Source of the DNA: a virus
Lineage: Duplodnaviria > Caudoviricetes
Virus record (IMG/VR): IMGVR_UViG_3300020045_006258
Span: 1 to 27,728 of that record
DNA length: 27,728 bases
Direction: 5' to 3' (one strand)
Part shown: in pieces, positions 8,578-15,924 of the stretch
Layout of the letters: each line of letters begins with the position of its first letter
Position numbering within the stretch: the first letter of the stretch is position 1
Program-made: the position numbers and the translations under genes
The notes under the pieces: model-generated
Database searches by the model: none
What the model was told of the DNA's origin: nothing
The model's input: the letters and a program-made list of their open reading frames with translations, nothing else

Positions 8578-8607
8578 TTGCGCTCGAAACCGGCTTAAGC
8601 CTAAGGG
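8578..8607 (+). promoter_or_regulatory. Putative sigma70 promoter upstream of the tRNA-Pro 5' half
   Basis: TTGCGC-N17-CTAAGG followed by a GC-rich discriminator, about 11 nt before tRNA +1. Confidence 0.5.
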
Positions 8608-8617
8608 GCTGGCCAGT

Positions 8618-8661
8618 CGGGGAGTAGCGCAGTCTGGTAGCGCGCCTGCTTTGGGAGCAGG
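8618..8661 (+). pseudogene. 5' half of tRNA-Pro(TGG), interpreted as the attP identity block
   Basis: CGGGGAG acceptor 5' strand, D-arm GCGC-AGTCTGGTA-GCGC, anticodon arm CCTGC-TTTGGGA-GCAGG. No T-arm or 3' acceptor strand; the integrase stop is 4 nt downstream. Confidence 0.9.
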
Positions 8662-8665
8662 AATA

Positions 8666-9760
8666 CTATGCCGCGTCATTGGCTGATTTCCTCACTTTTT
8701 TGCCAACTTCAATTTGAGGTTCGGGACTATTCCGGGACTCGGTCACATTCAGCATGGCCCGCACATCTTCTTCAAGGGCGTGCGCATATCGGGCTGTCGT
8801 TTTGATGTCCTTATGGCCCAGCAGCTTCTGGACGCCGCGCAGGTTGCCGCTGGCCCTTAGGTTGCGCGTCCCCGCGGTATGCCGGTTGTCATGGAATCGG
8901 TAATTCTCGATCCCAGCATCCTTGAGCGCCTTCTTCCATTTGCGCGCCCATCCCAATTTGCTGAACGGGTAGCGTTCGCCCTTGATCCGCCGCGGTCGAT
9001 CTTCCCGCGGGGGAGAGTCGCGCTCCGCAATATAGGTGAAAACCTGCGGGCATCCTTTTGGCTGCGCAGCCACGATCGCGATCATCCGTGGCGTCATTGG
9101 GAAGCTGTGCGGCTTGCTACCCTTTGCCCAAACCTTCGCCCTGCCCTCTTTTAATTCGACATCAGCCCAGCGCATGGCAATCAACTCGCTGCGCCTCTGG
9201 CCCGAAAGGATAGCAAATTCCACCAGCGCCTTAAGGCTGTCGGGCAAATGCTCGAACAAGCGCCGTTCCTCCTCCGCGGACAGTTCGCGCTCACGCTCGG
9301 CGGCTTCGGCCAGGATCAGGCGTTTCCATTTCAGATCCGGGACTTCGTGCCGATCGGCGCACCAGTTGACGACCCGGCGCAAAAGCGTGGTCTCCCGGTT
9401 GACGCTGGCATTGCTCACCGCGGCGCGACGAGACGCAATATAGCCGTCCATTGCCGACAGGGTGACATCGTGCAGCATCATATTCCGGCCCAGCCCCTTG
9501 ACCAGATTCCCAAGCTGATAGAGTTCGGTGTAGTGGTTTTTGTGGAACCGGCCCACGCGATCGAACCACAGATCGCACGCCTTTTCGAGCGTGATAGCGG
9601 GCTTGGACTTCTCACCTAGCGCGGCCTTCCGGCGTTCCTCGGCCTCGAACCGTTCGGCGTCGCGCTTGGACGTGCAGCCAGTCGATCCATGATACCGATG
9701 ACCTTGGAACTGGAAGTCGAACTGGAAGAAGCGGCTTTTCGCTGGTTTGTAGATGGACAT
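8666..9760 (-). CDS. int: Tyrosine recombinase / phage integrase
   Basis: SGQRRSEL (R), HDNRH (HxxR) and LLGH...TTARY catalytic motifs; N-terminal arm-binding STG..KRDAE motif. Confidence 0.96.
   Translation of the reverse strand: MSIYKPAKSRFFQFDFQFQGHRYHGSTGCTSKRDAERFEAEERRKAALGEKSKPAITLEKACDLWFDRVGRFHKNHYTELYQLGNLVKGLGRNMMLHDVTLSAMDGYIASRRAAVSNASVNRETTLLRRVVNWCADRHEVPDLKWKRLILAEAAERERELSAEEERRLFEHLPDSLKALVEFAILSGQRRSELIAMRWADVELKEGRAKVWAKGSKPHSFPMTPRMIAIVAAQPKGCPQVFTYIAERDSPPREDRPRRIKGERYPFSKLGWARKWKKALKDAGIENYRFHDNRHTAGTRNLRASGNLRGVQKLLGHKDIKTTARYAHALEEDVRAMLNVTESRNSPEPQIEVGKKVRKSANDAA
8719..8740 (+). repeat. Integrase arm-type site (right arm), inside the int 3' end
   Basis: GTTCGGGACTATTCCGGGACTC, direct repeat of 8501-8522. 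Confidence 0.75.
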
Positions 9761-9954
9761 GCAGGTTCATCCTGGCGGCGCTGGGATGCGAGATATTCCG
9801 CGCAATCCTCCGGCGTGTAAAATATTTTCCGCGGCGACGGTCGGATATAGCGGATCATCCCCGCGGCCCGCAGATTGCGCAGCGTCCGCGGCGAGACATG
9901 CAATTCCTTGGCCGCCTCTGCCTCGGTCCACAGGGTCAAACGTTCAGCACCCAT
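9616..9954 (-). CDS. Excisionase-like HTH protein
   Basis: TEAEAAKELHVSPRTLRNLRAAGMIRY MerR/Xis-type HTH directly upstream of and overlapping int. Confidence 0.8.
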   Translation of the reverse strand: MGAERLTLWTEAEAAKELHVSPRTLRNLRAAGMIRYIRPSPRKIFYTPEDCAEYLASQRRQDEPACPSTNQRKAASSSSTSSSKVIGIMDRLAARPSATPNGSRPRNAGRPR

Positions 9955-10135
9955 CCCTCTCCCCCTCCATCCTCAAATACCCCTGCTCAACCGAGAACAC
10001 ATGCGCCACGCCGGGGCGGTTGGCGGGCCGGAGGGCGGCGATCTTGTCATCCTCGGCGCGGTGATACGGGCATAGCAGGCCATGGTCCGCTGCCGTTGGG
10101 GTGCTGCACATGGCGCAGATGTCGTGGCCGGTCAT
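9944..10135 (-). CDS. Small Cys/His-rich hypothetical protein
   Basis: CAMC...CPYH motif; ATGA coupling at 10132-10135. Confidence 0.55.
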   Translation of the reverse strand: MTGHDICAMCSTPTAADHGLLCPYHRAEDDKIAALRPANRPGVAHVFSVEQGYLRMEGERDGC

Positions 10136-10620
10136 GGCCGGGTGTCCAGTGCTTTGCGGGCGGCACGATAATCCTTGATGAGTAAGCGAAACTTTGCCCA
10201 TTCCTCATCGTTCTCGTCATCGCTGATTTGTTCGGCGCACTCGGCAAAAGGACGCAATGCCTCCCTCAAGCCCCGCTCGGCCTGTTCGCGCTGTCGGGCG
10301 AAGGCTTGCAGCACAATGGCGCGCTCATTATCCATGAGGAAGCCAAGCGCGTCGTCTATTGCTTCCAGCGCCTCCCGATCCGCGTCCGTCACAATCGCAT
10401 CGGCAACGGGTGCCGGGGCGTCGGGTAGGTGTTCGCCGCGTTCGATGGCGTCTGATAAGAACCGGGCCTCGACGGCGTGAGCTTCGCATCGTATTGATCG
10501 CTTAGCCCCCATCGCGCCCGCCGTTATGTTTTCAGGTGGAGGGCAATCTATGCACCTGAAAAAGTAACTCCCCGGCGCGTAACCCCACGGGCGTAGGTCA
10601 ATCGCATCCCGCTCGCTCAT
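10132..10620 (-). CDS. Hypothetical phage protein (MSERDAIDLRPWGYAPG...)
   Basis: AAAGGAG RBS; GYAPGxY..CxxC motif; LREALRPFA module. Confidence 0.7.
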   Translation of the reverse strand: MSERDAIDLRPWGYAPGSYFFRCIDCPPPENITAGAMGAKRSIRCEAHAVEARFLSDAIERGEHLPDAPAPVADAIVTDADREALEAIDDALGFLMDNERAIVLQAFARQREQAERGLREALRPFAECAEQISDDENDEEWAKFRLLIKDYRAARKALDTRP

Positions 10621-10769
10621 GGCTCGCTCCTTTCGGCGAGGGTGGTGTGTTCCCCGCACCATGTATGTGATCTACGCGGACCCAGAACGGTCTTATGGCG
10701 ACAAAGGCCACGCCCATGCTTGCCATCGCGCAGCCAATACCGGCACGTCGCGCACGTCTCCCCACTCAC
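10617..10769 (-). CDS. 50-aa Cys-rich protein (CATCRYW...C...WCGEH)
   Basis: Not in the ORF track; coupled on both sides; paralog of 8183-8425. Confidence 0.65.
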   Translation of the reverse strand: MSGETCATCRYWLRDGKHGRGLCRHKTVLGPRRSHTWCGEHTTLAERSEP

Positions 10770-11449
10770 TTCACCCCTCCCCCAAAAGCCGGATCAATCG
10801 GGTCGGGCTGGGCGTAGAGCGGGGTTTCGGTCCAGCCGCCTTCTGCCTCTTTCCATGATGGCGTCCACCGAACCTTAGCTAATTCGGTTCCGCCATTCGT
10901 ATGGCTGACATACATCCAAGCCACCGGCTCTTGCTGACAGCCAACCGCCTCCCCGCTGTCATCAACGGTCTTTGATGTTATTTCGTGATCGGCAAGGGCG
11001 GCCAAGATCGCCATAGCGTCGTCCAGTGTGCCCTCCATGTCGGACAGGCTGATGCCGTGGCGCTGTAGAGAGTTTTCGATTATGCGTGTGACGGCATCGA
11101 CTGCGCCGCTGTCCCAATGCCCCGCCGCCTCAACGCTGGCGGGGGCTTCTGGGAGAGGGAGGGCGCGGATTGCGGCGGCGACTTCCTCAGCCGCGAGAAT
11201 GCAAAGTCGCTGATGGACAAGCACACCATCCTCATTGCGAAACTGAGCGTAATCATCCGCCACCTTAGCGCACGCCTCCCGCACCGCCGCAGCATCAAGC
11301 GCTGGGGTGGGGTGGGATAGGGCGGCTATGCGCTCGGTTACACTCATGGGGTATCGGTGCCCGTCGCCCACGTCCCAATGTGTTGGCGCATCACGTTCGT
11401 CCAGATACGTCAAAACCTCTCGCAACCCGTCACTCGTTTCCTTGCTCAT
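10766..11449 (-). CDS. Mosaic phage early hypothetical protein (227 aa)
   Basis: REACAKVAD..AAAIRAL and EPVAW...TPLYAQP motifs typical of temperate-phage early genes. Confidence 0.7.
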   Translation of the reverse strand: MSKETSDGLREVLTYLDERDAPTHWDVGDGHRYPMSVTERIAALSHPTPALDAAAVREACAKVADDYAQFRNEDGVLVHQRLCILAAEEVAAAIRALPLPEAPASVEAAGHWDSGAVDAVTRIIENSLQRHGISLSDMEGTLDDAMAILAALADHEITSKTVDDSGEAVGCQQEPVAWMYVSHTNGGTELAKVRWTPSWKEAEGGWTETPLYAQPDPIDPAFGGGVK

Positions 11450-11586
11450 GCTTCATTCCTCAAAATCTGCCACCAGCGGCGCGGTTGCTGCATCGGCTGT
11501 ATCGGCCCGCGCTGGCGTTCGGCCTGCCATTGTGTGCGAGCCGGGACCAGCAGCGGGTCGCGGCCTTTGGTGGTGTGGCGGGTCAT
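11446..11586 (-). CDS. 46-aa hypothetical protein (MTRHTTKGRDP...)
   Basis: GGAG RBS; ATGA coupling to the downstream gene. Confidence 0.5.
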   Translation of the reverse strand: MTRHTTKGRDPLLVPARTQWQAERQRGPIQPMQQPRRWWQILRNEA

Positions 11587-11632
11587 TATCAATTCTCCGG
11601 GCGGCGGTTATCCCTGCCGCGTTGGGGGGGGG

Positions 11633-11965
11633 TTAGGCGCAGGCGGCGACGTAGCGGTCATATGCCGCAATCGACTTTGACTTGGCGGTGGATTTTATAT
11701 CGCGCATTGACTGCCTATATTCAGACTCAGCTTTTTGCGCTGTGGCGAAATGATCCATGTCGCGAATGGGAATGTGCTTGCCGTCACGGTTGACGTAAGG
11801 CTTTGGGTCCGTGCCGTATGCCCCCGTAGCTGGGCCTGACATGCTCGTATTGGGGCGCTCCACTTCCTCGACGTAGAGGCGAGCAGGCGTTGTCCTGACT
11901 ACGCGATAGAGCCAAAGCCCATAATCATATTGAGGCATCGCCAAAAGTTGTCCAACTTCCATCAC
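11633..11965 (-). CDS. Hypothetical protein (110 aa)
   Basis: GGAGG RBS; coupled to the upstream gene. Confidence 0.65.
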   Translation of the reverse strand: MMEVGQLLAMPQYDYGLWLYRVVRTTPARLYVEEVERPNTSMSGPATGAYGTDPKPYVNRDGKHIPIRDMDHFATAQKAESEYRQSMRDIKSTAKSKSIAAYDRYVAACA

Positions 11966-12210
11966 GCCACCTCCCCCGCCTTGCGCTGAGCAGCCTTCTC
12001 CCGCCGCATTTCGTTCGCCTTGATCAGTGGCGCAAGACGGCGTTCGCGTTCGGCTTCGAGTGTGGCGAGGTCAGCCAGCAGTCGCGCGTTCTGCCGCCGC
12101 AACCGGCCAATTGTCGCATCCATGTTATCCAATTCTGCGCGCAATATGCCAAGCTTATCGGCAATCACCGCCTTATGCGCCCGCACGGTCATCAATCCAA
12201 AAAATGGCAT
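11962..12210 (-). CDS. Coiled-coil hypothetical protein
   Basis: AGGAG RBS before ATG 12210; heptad pattern. Confidence 0.65.
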   Translation of the reverse strand: MPFFGLMTVRAHKAVIADKLGILRAELDNMDATIGRLRRQNARLLADLATLEAERERRLAPLIKANEMRREKAAQRKAGEVA

Positions 12211-12220
12211 GTTCGTTCTC

Positions 12221-12631
12221 CTATTCGGCGGCGGTTTGCGAGGTTGGCGCGAGGCGGCTGCTCTCAAGCAGCGGCAATCCACCCTCGGTCGGCACGTAAA
12301 TTATGCTGGCGTCCTTGGCGTCGATCGCTTGAATTTGAAGATAGCGCAGGTATCCAGATGGGCCGCCTAAGCTGTTTTGCAGAACGCGGTTCGCCTTGGC
12401 TGCTCCCTCTGCCCGGATGACATCGGCGTCGGACAGCATCTTCGCGCTTTCCAGTTTCGCCTTGGCCTCGAGTGTGGCGACTTGGCGCGACGACTGCGCC
12501 TCTGCCAGCTTTGCCTTTCCTGCCATTTCCTGCGAATAGACGTTGTAAGTCGGGCAGCCCCAAAGGCCGACGCCTACAGTTAAGGCAATTGCGGTGGTTA
12601 TTCCCATCGCCAGTCCAATTTCACCTGCCAT
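12221..12631 (-). CDS. Membrane-anchored protein resembling the SPFH/band-7 C-terminal region
   Basis: N-terminal TM, AEA/AKA-rich helix, YLRYL...IYVPTEGGLPLLE; AAGGAG RBS. Confidence 0.75.
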   Translation of the reverse strand: MAGEIGLAMGITTAIALTVGVGLWGCPTYNVYSQEMAGKAKLAEAQSSRQVATLEAKAKLESAKMLSDADVIRAEGAAKANRVLQNSLGGPSGYLRYLQIQAIDAKDASIIYVPTEGGLPLLESSRLAPTSQTAAE

Positions 12632-12653
12632 GTTCGTTCTCCTTAAATGTGAG

Positions 12654-12884
12654 TTACAGGCCAGCGTCCGCAAGGTCGGCCAGCGTTACGCCTTCGACGG
12701 CCAGCAGAATATCGACGCGGCTGACAATTGCATCGGCCAAAGCGCTGGCATTGCGGCCAAACACGTCCGCCGCATCGCCATTGCCATTGCGGTCGGCCAG
12801 ATACTCAGCCGATTTGTTGCGCTTATAGGCCAGCACCATGGCGGCAAGGTTCGGCGGAAATTCGATTACGGGGTTCGTCGCCAT
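12654..12884 (-). CDS. Hypothetical protein (MATNPVIEFP...)
   Basis: GGAGGT RBS; part of the leftward operon. Confidence 0.65.
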   Translation of the reverse strand: MATNPVIEFPPNLAAMVLAYKRNKSAEYLADRNGNGDAADVFGRNASALADAIVSRVDILLAVEGVTLADLADAGL

Positions 12885-12885
12885 A

Positions 12886-13029
12886 TCAATTACCTCCAAC
12901 ATTCGGGCAGAGCGTCAAAAGCACCCAGCCGAGAAACATGATTGCGGCCACGATGCTGGCGATCTGGAGCCGCGTAAGGGGCTGAATGATCGCGTCAGGC
13001 TCGCGCGGTGGGGCGGTTAGGCGGGTCAT
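12886..13029 (-). CDS. 47-aa single-TM protein
   Basis: Not in the ORF track; IASIVAAIMFLGWVLLTL hydrophobic helix; ATGA-coupled. Confidence 0.55.
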   Translation of the reverse strand: MTRLTAPPREPDAIIQPLTRLQIASIVAAIMFLGWVLLTLCPNVGGN

Positions 13030-13322
13030 TGAGCGACCTCCGACACTTCCACATCGTCCACATCGATATCGTGCGGGATGCTTTTGTCATCTTGGAATAA
13101 CTTGTCGGCTAGGTATTCTGCCTCTTCCTGATCTACGGCTTCGACATCGTATGAAACGCTTTCGGATGAACGGCACGAGTAGCGGATGCGGACCTTGAAC
13201 GACTTGACTACGCCATCACGCTTTTCGCGCCATGGCTCGACACCGTAGTGCTTAAGCAATGCCTGCTCGGATGCGGGGAAAGGCATATCGGCGATTGCTT
13301 GGAGGGTTGGACGGTCGCTCAC
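13026..13322 (-). CDS. Hypothetical protein (MSDRPTLQ...)
   Basis: GGAGG RBS; GTG start overlapping the upstream stop. Confidence 0.65.
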   Translation of the reverse strand: MSDRPTLQAIADMPFPASEQALLKHYGVEPWREKRDGVVKSFKVRIRYSCRSSESVSYDVEAVDQEEAEYLADKLFQDDKSIPHDIDVDDVEVSEVAQ

Positions 13323-13693
13323 AGCCCCTCCCCCGTCGCGGCGGCAATCATGCGCTGATACTCGCCCTTTCCGCCGCGCGCCGCCGATGCCAGCGCATCC
13401 CGACAAGCCGCTTCGACGTTCCAGCCATGCGCGTTGTGGTTCCACTGGCGGATATGGACGAAGGCAGCTTTTGGCAGCGCCAACACGTTGCTGAACGCGG
13501 CGACCAACTGGCGGCGATACCGCCCCAACCGCGCTTCGTGCATGTCAGCGATGGACGCGACCATGTTAGGACGAGCGTCACGGACTGCGCGCAAAGCCTT
13601 GTCGATAGCGACGATATGGTCGGACAGCAGGATTTGCGCGCGGGTCGCGTCGCTTGGCTGGTCTATGATTTCGGGATCGGGCTGCGTCGCCAT
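13319..13693 (-). CDS. First gene of the early-left operon, hypothetical (no HTH or S24 signature)
   Basis: GGAGG RBS before ATG 13693; downstream of a leftward TTGACG promoter. Confidence 0.65.
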   Translation of the reverse strand: MATQPDPEIIDQPSDATRAQILLSDHIVAIDKALRAVRDARPNMVASIADMHEARLGRYRRQLVAAFSNVLALPKAAFVHIRQWNHNAHGWNVEAACRDALASAARGGKGEYQRMIAAATGEGL

Positions 13694-13733
13694 GCTCTCA
13701 TCCTCCATTGCCGGGTTTGGCTGGTGTGGCCCC

Positions 13734-13811
13734 AACATACAGAATGAAAACCGCCCGTCAACATGTAAAAAACGCATTGACAACATTTCGCTGACAAAGC
13801 ATGATACTCGA
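13734..13811. promoter_or_regulatory. Divergent sigma70 promoter pair 1
   Basis: Rightward TTGACA(13777)-N17-CATGAT-N6-ATG (leaderless); leftward TTGACG(13761)-N16-TATGTT. Confidence 0.75.
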
Positions 13812-14003
13812 ATGATCCATGAACCTGAACTTATAGAACTGGAACGCCGCGCACATGAAGCCCGCGTGTCCATGCCCGACCTTTGCAAAAGGGCCGGGAA
13901 GCACCCGCAAAGCTGGTATCGCGCTCGCAAGCGCGGTCGGGCAGAATATACGCTGATAAAGCCACTGGAGGATATTTTGAAAGAACTGGAGGCGGGTAAA
14001 TGA
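13812..14003 (+). CDS. Cro-like HTH protein 1 (63 aa)
   Basis: SMPDLCKRAGKHPQSWYRARKR HTH; first gene after a divergent promoter. Confidence 0.75.
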   Translation: MIHEPELIELERRAHEARVSMPDLCKRAGKHPQSWYRARKRGRAEYTLIKPLEDILKELEAGK

Positions 14004-14401
14004 AAAAAGCATCACCATCCAAAGCGCAAGAAATGCTGACCCGCCGCGTTGCCGTCCTGGCATATATCAACCAGCATATCGGCAAGGTGCTGCCGTTCTC
14101 CCGCACAATCGCTTATGACACGGGCCACACCACCGCGCAGGTTGAACATGCGTTCCGGCAGCTTTCGCAAGATGGCACTATCGTTTGCGTCGGCAACGGC
14201 AACAGTCGCGTCGTCATCGTCAACGGTGTCGGCTCTACGCTACCCCGGACACGGGCGCAGGAGGTGATCGCGCGCAAGGTCGAGCCTGAGCCGGTGCGGG
14301 TGTTCAACTATAGTTGCACCCAGTGCGGCGCTCGGAACTGCGCGCTTCATGGCCCCGTCCTGCTCATCACGCGGCCTGCTGCTGTGATGGTGCTGCGGTG
14401 A
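14000..14401 (+). CDS. Winged-helix protein (LexA-DBD-like) with C-terminal Cys cluster
   Basis: TRRVAVLAYI...LPFSRTIA..TG.TTAQVEHAFRQLSQDGTI pattern; CTQCGARNC. Confidence 0.6.
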   Translation: MKKASPSKAQEMLTRRVAVLAYINQHIGKVLPFSRTIAYDTGHTTAQVEHAFRQLSQDGTIVCVGNGNSRVVIVNGVGSTLPRTRAQEVIARKVEPEPVRVFNYSCTQCGARNCALHGPVLLITRPAAVMVLR

Positions 14402-14490
14402 GCGCCGCCCAAATCACCCTCATCCTATGGCTCGCCCTGCAATTGCCGCTTGGCTTGGCAGTCGGGCAAATCATCGCAAAGGCACCATAA
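14398..14490 (+). CDS. 30-aa hydrophobic peptide
   Basis: GTGA and TAATG coupling on both sides; ITLILWLALQLPLGLAVG. Confidence 0.45.
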   Translation: MSAAQITLILWLALQLPLGLAVGQIIAKAP

Positions 14491-14672
14491 TGCCCCGCAT
14501 ACAAATCACCACGCAACATTCGCTTGATCGCTGCACCGCCAATTACTACCGCGCCAAGTCCGACTTTGAACGGCTGGACGCACTGTCGAAGGTGCGGGCG
14601 CTCAATGATTGGGAAAGCCGCCAGTTGGAAAGCGCTATTGCGCGGATGGCGGAATGGGGCGCGGTGTTGTGA
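14490..14672 (+). CDS. Hypothetical protein (60 aa, MPRIQITT...)
   Basis: TAATG coupling; ends just before the terminator. Confidence 0.55.
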   Translation: MPRIQITTQHSLDRCTANYYRAKSDFERLDALSKVRALNDWESRQLESAIARMAEWGAVL

Positions 14673-14690
14673 TGGATGCCGACCGATAGC

Positions 14691-14732
14691 AAAAAGGCCA
14701 GCCTCCGAATACTCAGCGGCTGGCCTTCGTTT
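14691..14732. terminator. Bidirectional intrinsic terminator
   Basis: AAGGCCAGCC/GGCTGGCCTT stem with T5 on the minus strand and TTCGTTT on the plus strand, between convergent units. Confidence 0.8.
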
Positions 14733-14873
14733 GTGCTGGCCGGATTGGATACCGGCTACGCAGGCTCGTTTTTCCCAACGCTGGTTTACGCCACATGGCG
14801 CAGTTGGCCTCGAACCACCTTCACCTGCTCGCCATCCAGTAAGGCTAGCGTGTCCATCCACGCCGCAGCACAA
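14731..14873 (-). ncRNA. Putative tRNA-like structured ncRNA (about 140 nt)
   Basis: Closing stem TTGTGCTG/CAGCACAA, D-like arm GCGTG-GATGGA-CACGC, long arm GCAGGT...GCCTGC, T-like arm GCCGG-TATCCAAT-CCGGC; own promoter and terminator. Confidence 0.65.
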
Positions 14874-14877
14874 CCCC

Positions 14878-14906
14878 TCTATACGTCCTGTTGATCGTGG
14901 GGGCAA
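14878..14906 (-). promoter_or_regulatory. Sigma70 promoter for the ncRNA
   Basis: TTGCCC-N17-TATAGA; predicted +1 near 14871, at the start of the closing stem. Confidence 0.65.
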
Positions 14907-14908
14907 GG

Positions 14909-15301
14909 CTAGGCGTATGGATTTGGCTCCGACCAGCGAACGCCATGCTCATCGCCCCACTGGTATATGAACGTCAGCAAATCTGCGAATTGCGCCTTGG
15001 TTAGCGCGCTGCTGCTGTAGCCTATCGGGAACGGCGCGCCATCCAGGCCAATCTCAAATTGCACGGCGTGTCCACAAGCCTGCATGAAAACCATTTTCCA
15101 GCGATCAGGCGTCATTTTGCGGCCAGCCGGTTTGGCGCGCGACACGTCCGACAAGCTGGCCCACAGCCGCGCGTTTTGAGCGCTGGAGCGGCGTTCCTCT
15201 GCAATATTCACCACGCAACCATCTGGCGCACGATCAATCAAGTCATGCGCCAGCTTGCGTTGCGCGGGGCCGACAAGGCGCACTGTCTGGCCGTTAGCCA
15301 T
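14909..15301 (-). CDS. ninB: NinB/Orf-family recombination protein
   Basis: RRSSAQNARLWASLSDVS, WK..FM, SS.LTKAQFADLLTFIYQWGDEHGVRWS. Confidence 0.88.
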   Translation of the reverse strand: MANGQTVRLVGPAQRKLAHDLIDRAPDGCVVNIAEERRSSAQNARLWASLSDVSRAKPAGRKMTPDRWKMVFMQACGHAVQFEIGLDGAPFPIGYSSSALTKAQFADLLTFIYQWGDEHGVRWSEPNPYA

Positions 15302-15569
15302 CCTCTTTAACGTAGTCAATCGTTTCAGACAGGAGGCAATCTAAAATCTCTCCAACGGACTGATAATCTTCAACCGGGTGATGCCTTCCCCCGTCCTTCA
15401 TGTTGAAGGCGTAAGAGTGCATTACATTTCCCTCGATCCGCATTGGATCATAAGACTTTGCCGATGGGCTTTCGCCGGTCAATTTGAAGATGACATGATC
15501 CAAGGCTAAGGCATACCCTTCGATCATGCGTTCTTCATCATAAGTTAGCCTAAGCCTACTCTTTGCCAT
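15294..15569 (-). CDS. Hypothetical protein
   Basis: GGAGG RBS; overlaps both neighbours. Confidence 0.6.
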   Translation of the reverse strand: MAKSRLRLTYDEERMIEGYALALDHVIFKLTGESPSAKSYDPMRIEGNVMHSYAFNMKDGGRHHPVEDYQSVGEILDCLLSETIDYVKEDG

Positions 15570-15924
15570 GCCATTCCTCCCATAATTCCGCAGCCCTGAC
15601 ATGCTGCTCAAACCCGTGCATCGCGTTCCATGCCCGTGTGCCTATCCTGTGGACCGCTGTAGGCCCGTCAGCATGACATGAAGGGCATAAAGGCAGCACT
15701 AGGCTATGATCTTTCGTCAAGCGCTTGTGGCCGTCGCTAATGACGTGATGGACGCATACGGGCTGGACACCGCAACCAAGGCAGGGAAGCGATGCCACAT
15801 AAGTGTGATACCGCCTGTGCGCTGCTGTCTTGCTGGTAGCCTTGGCCCGCATACGTTCATGCGTCACGCGCCCCTCTGACCGGCGCGGGGTGTCGCGTTT
15901 GGCCTTGAGGGGCGAGCGTTTCAT
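15556..15924 (-). CDS. HNH-like Zn-binding nuclease (Ref/DUF968-like)
   Basis: CLGC...VHH...PLCPSCH...H motif with a basic N-terminus. Confidence 0.7.
   Translation of the reverse strand: MKRSPLKAKRDTPRRSEGRVTHERMRAKATSKTAAHRRYHTYVASLPCLGCGVQPVCVHHVISDGHKRLTKDHSLVLPLCPSCHADGPTAVHRIGTRAWNAMHGFEQHVRAAELWEEWHGKE

Noticed and set aside
8422-8679. 85-aa minus-strand ORF (PAPKAGALPDCATPR)
   Set aside because: Antisense translation of the tRNA fragment and attP
8618-8694. Complete functional tRNA-Pro gene
   Set aside because: Sequence after the anticodon stem is the int 3' end; there is no T-arm, 3' acceptor strand or CCA
11624-11632. G9 homopolymer as a phase-variation tract
   Set aside because: Intergenic just after a stop codon, with no promoter spacing evidently dependent on it
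13319-13930. 203-aa ORF as CI repressor
   Set aside because: The N-terminal extension crosses the promoters and the Cro-like gene; the RBS-supported protein from 13693 has no HTH or S24 motif
14367-14970. ORFs 14367-14906(-), 14524-14970(+) and 14676-14894(+)
   Set aside because: No RBS or protein-like motifs; they cross a terminator, and the region is better explained as structured RNA
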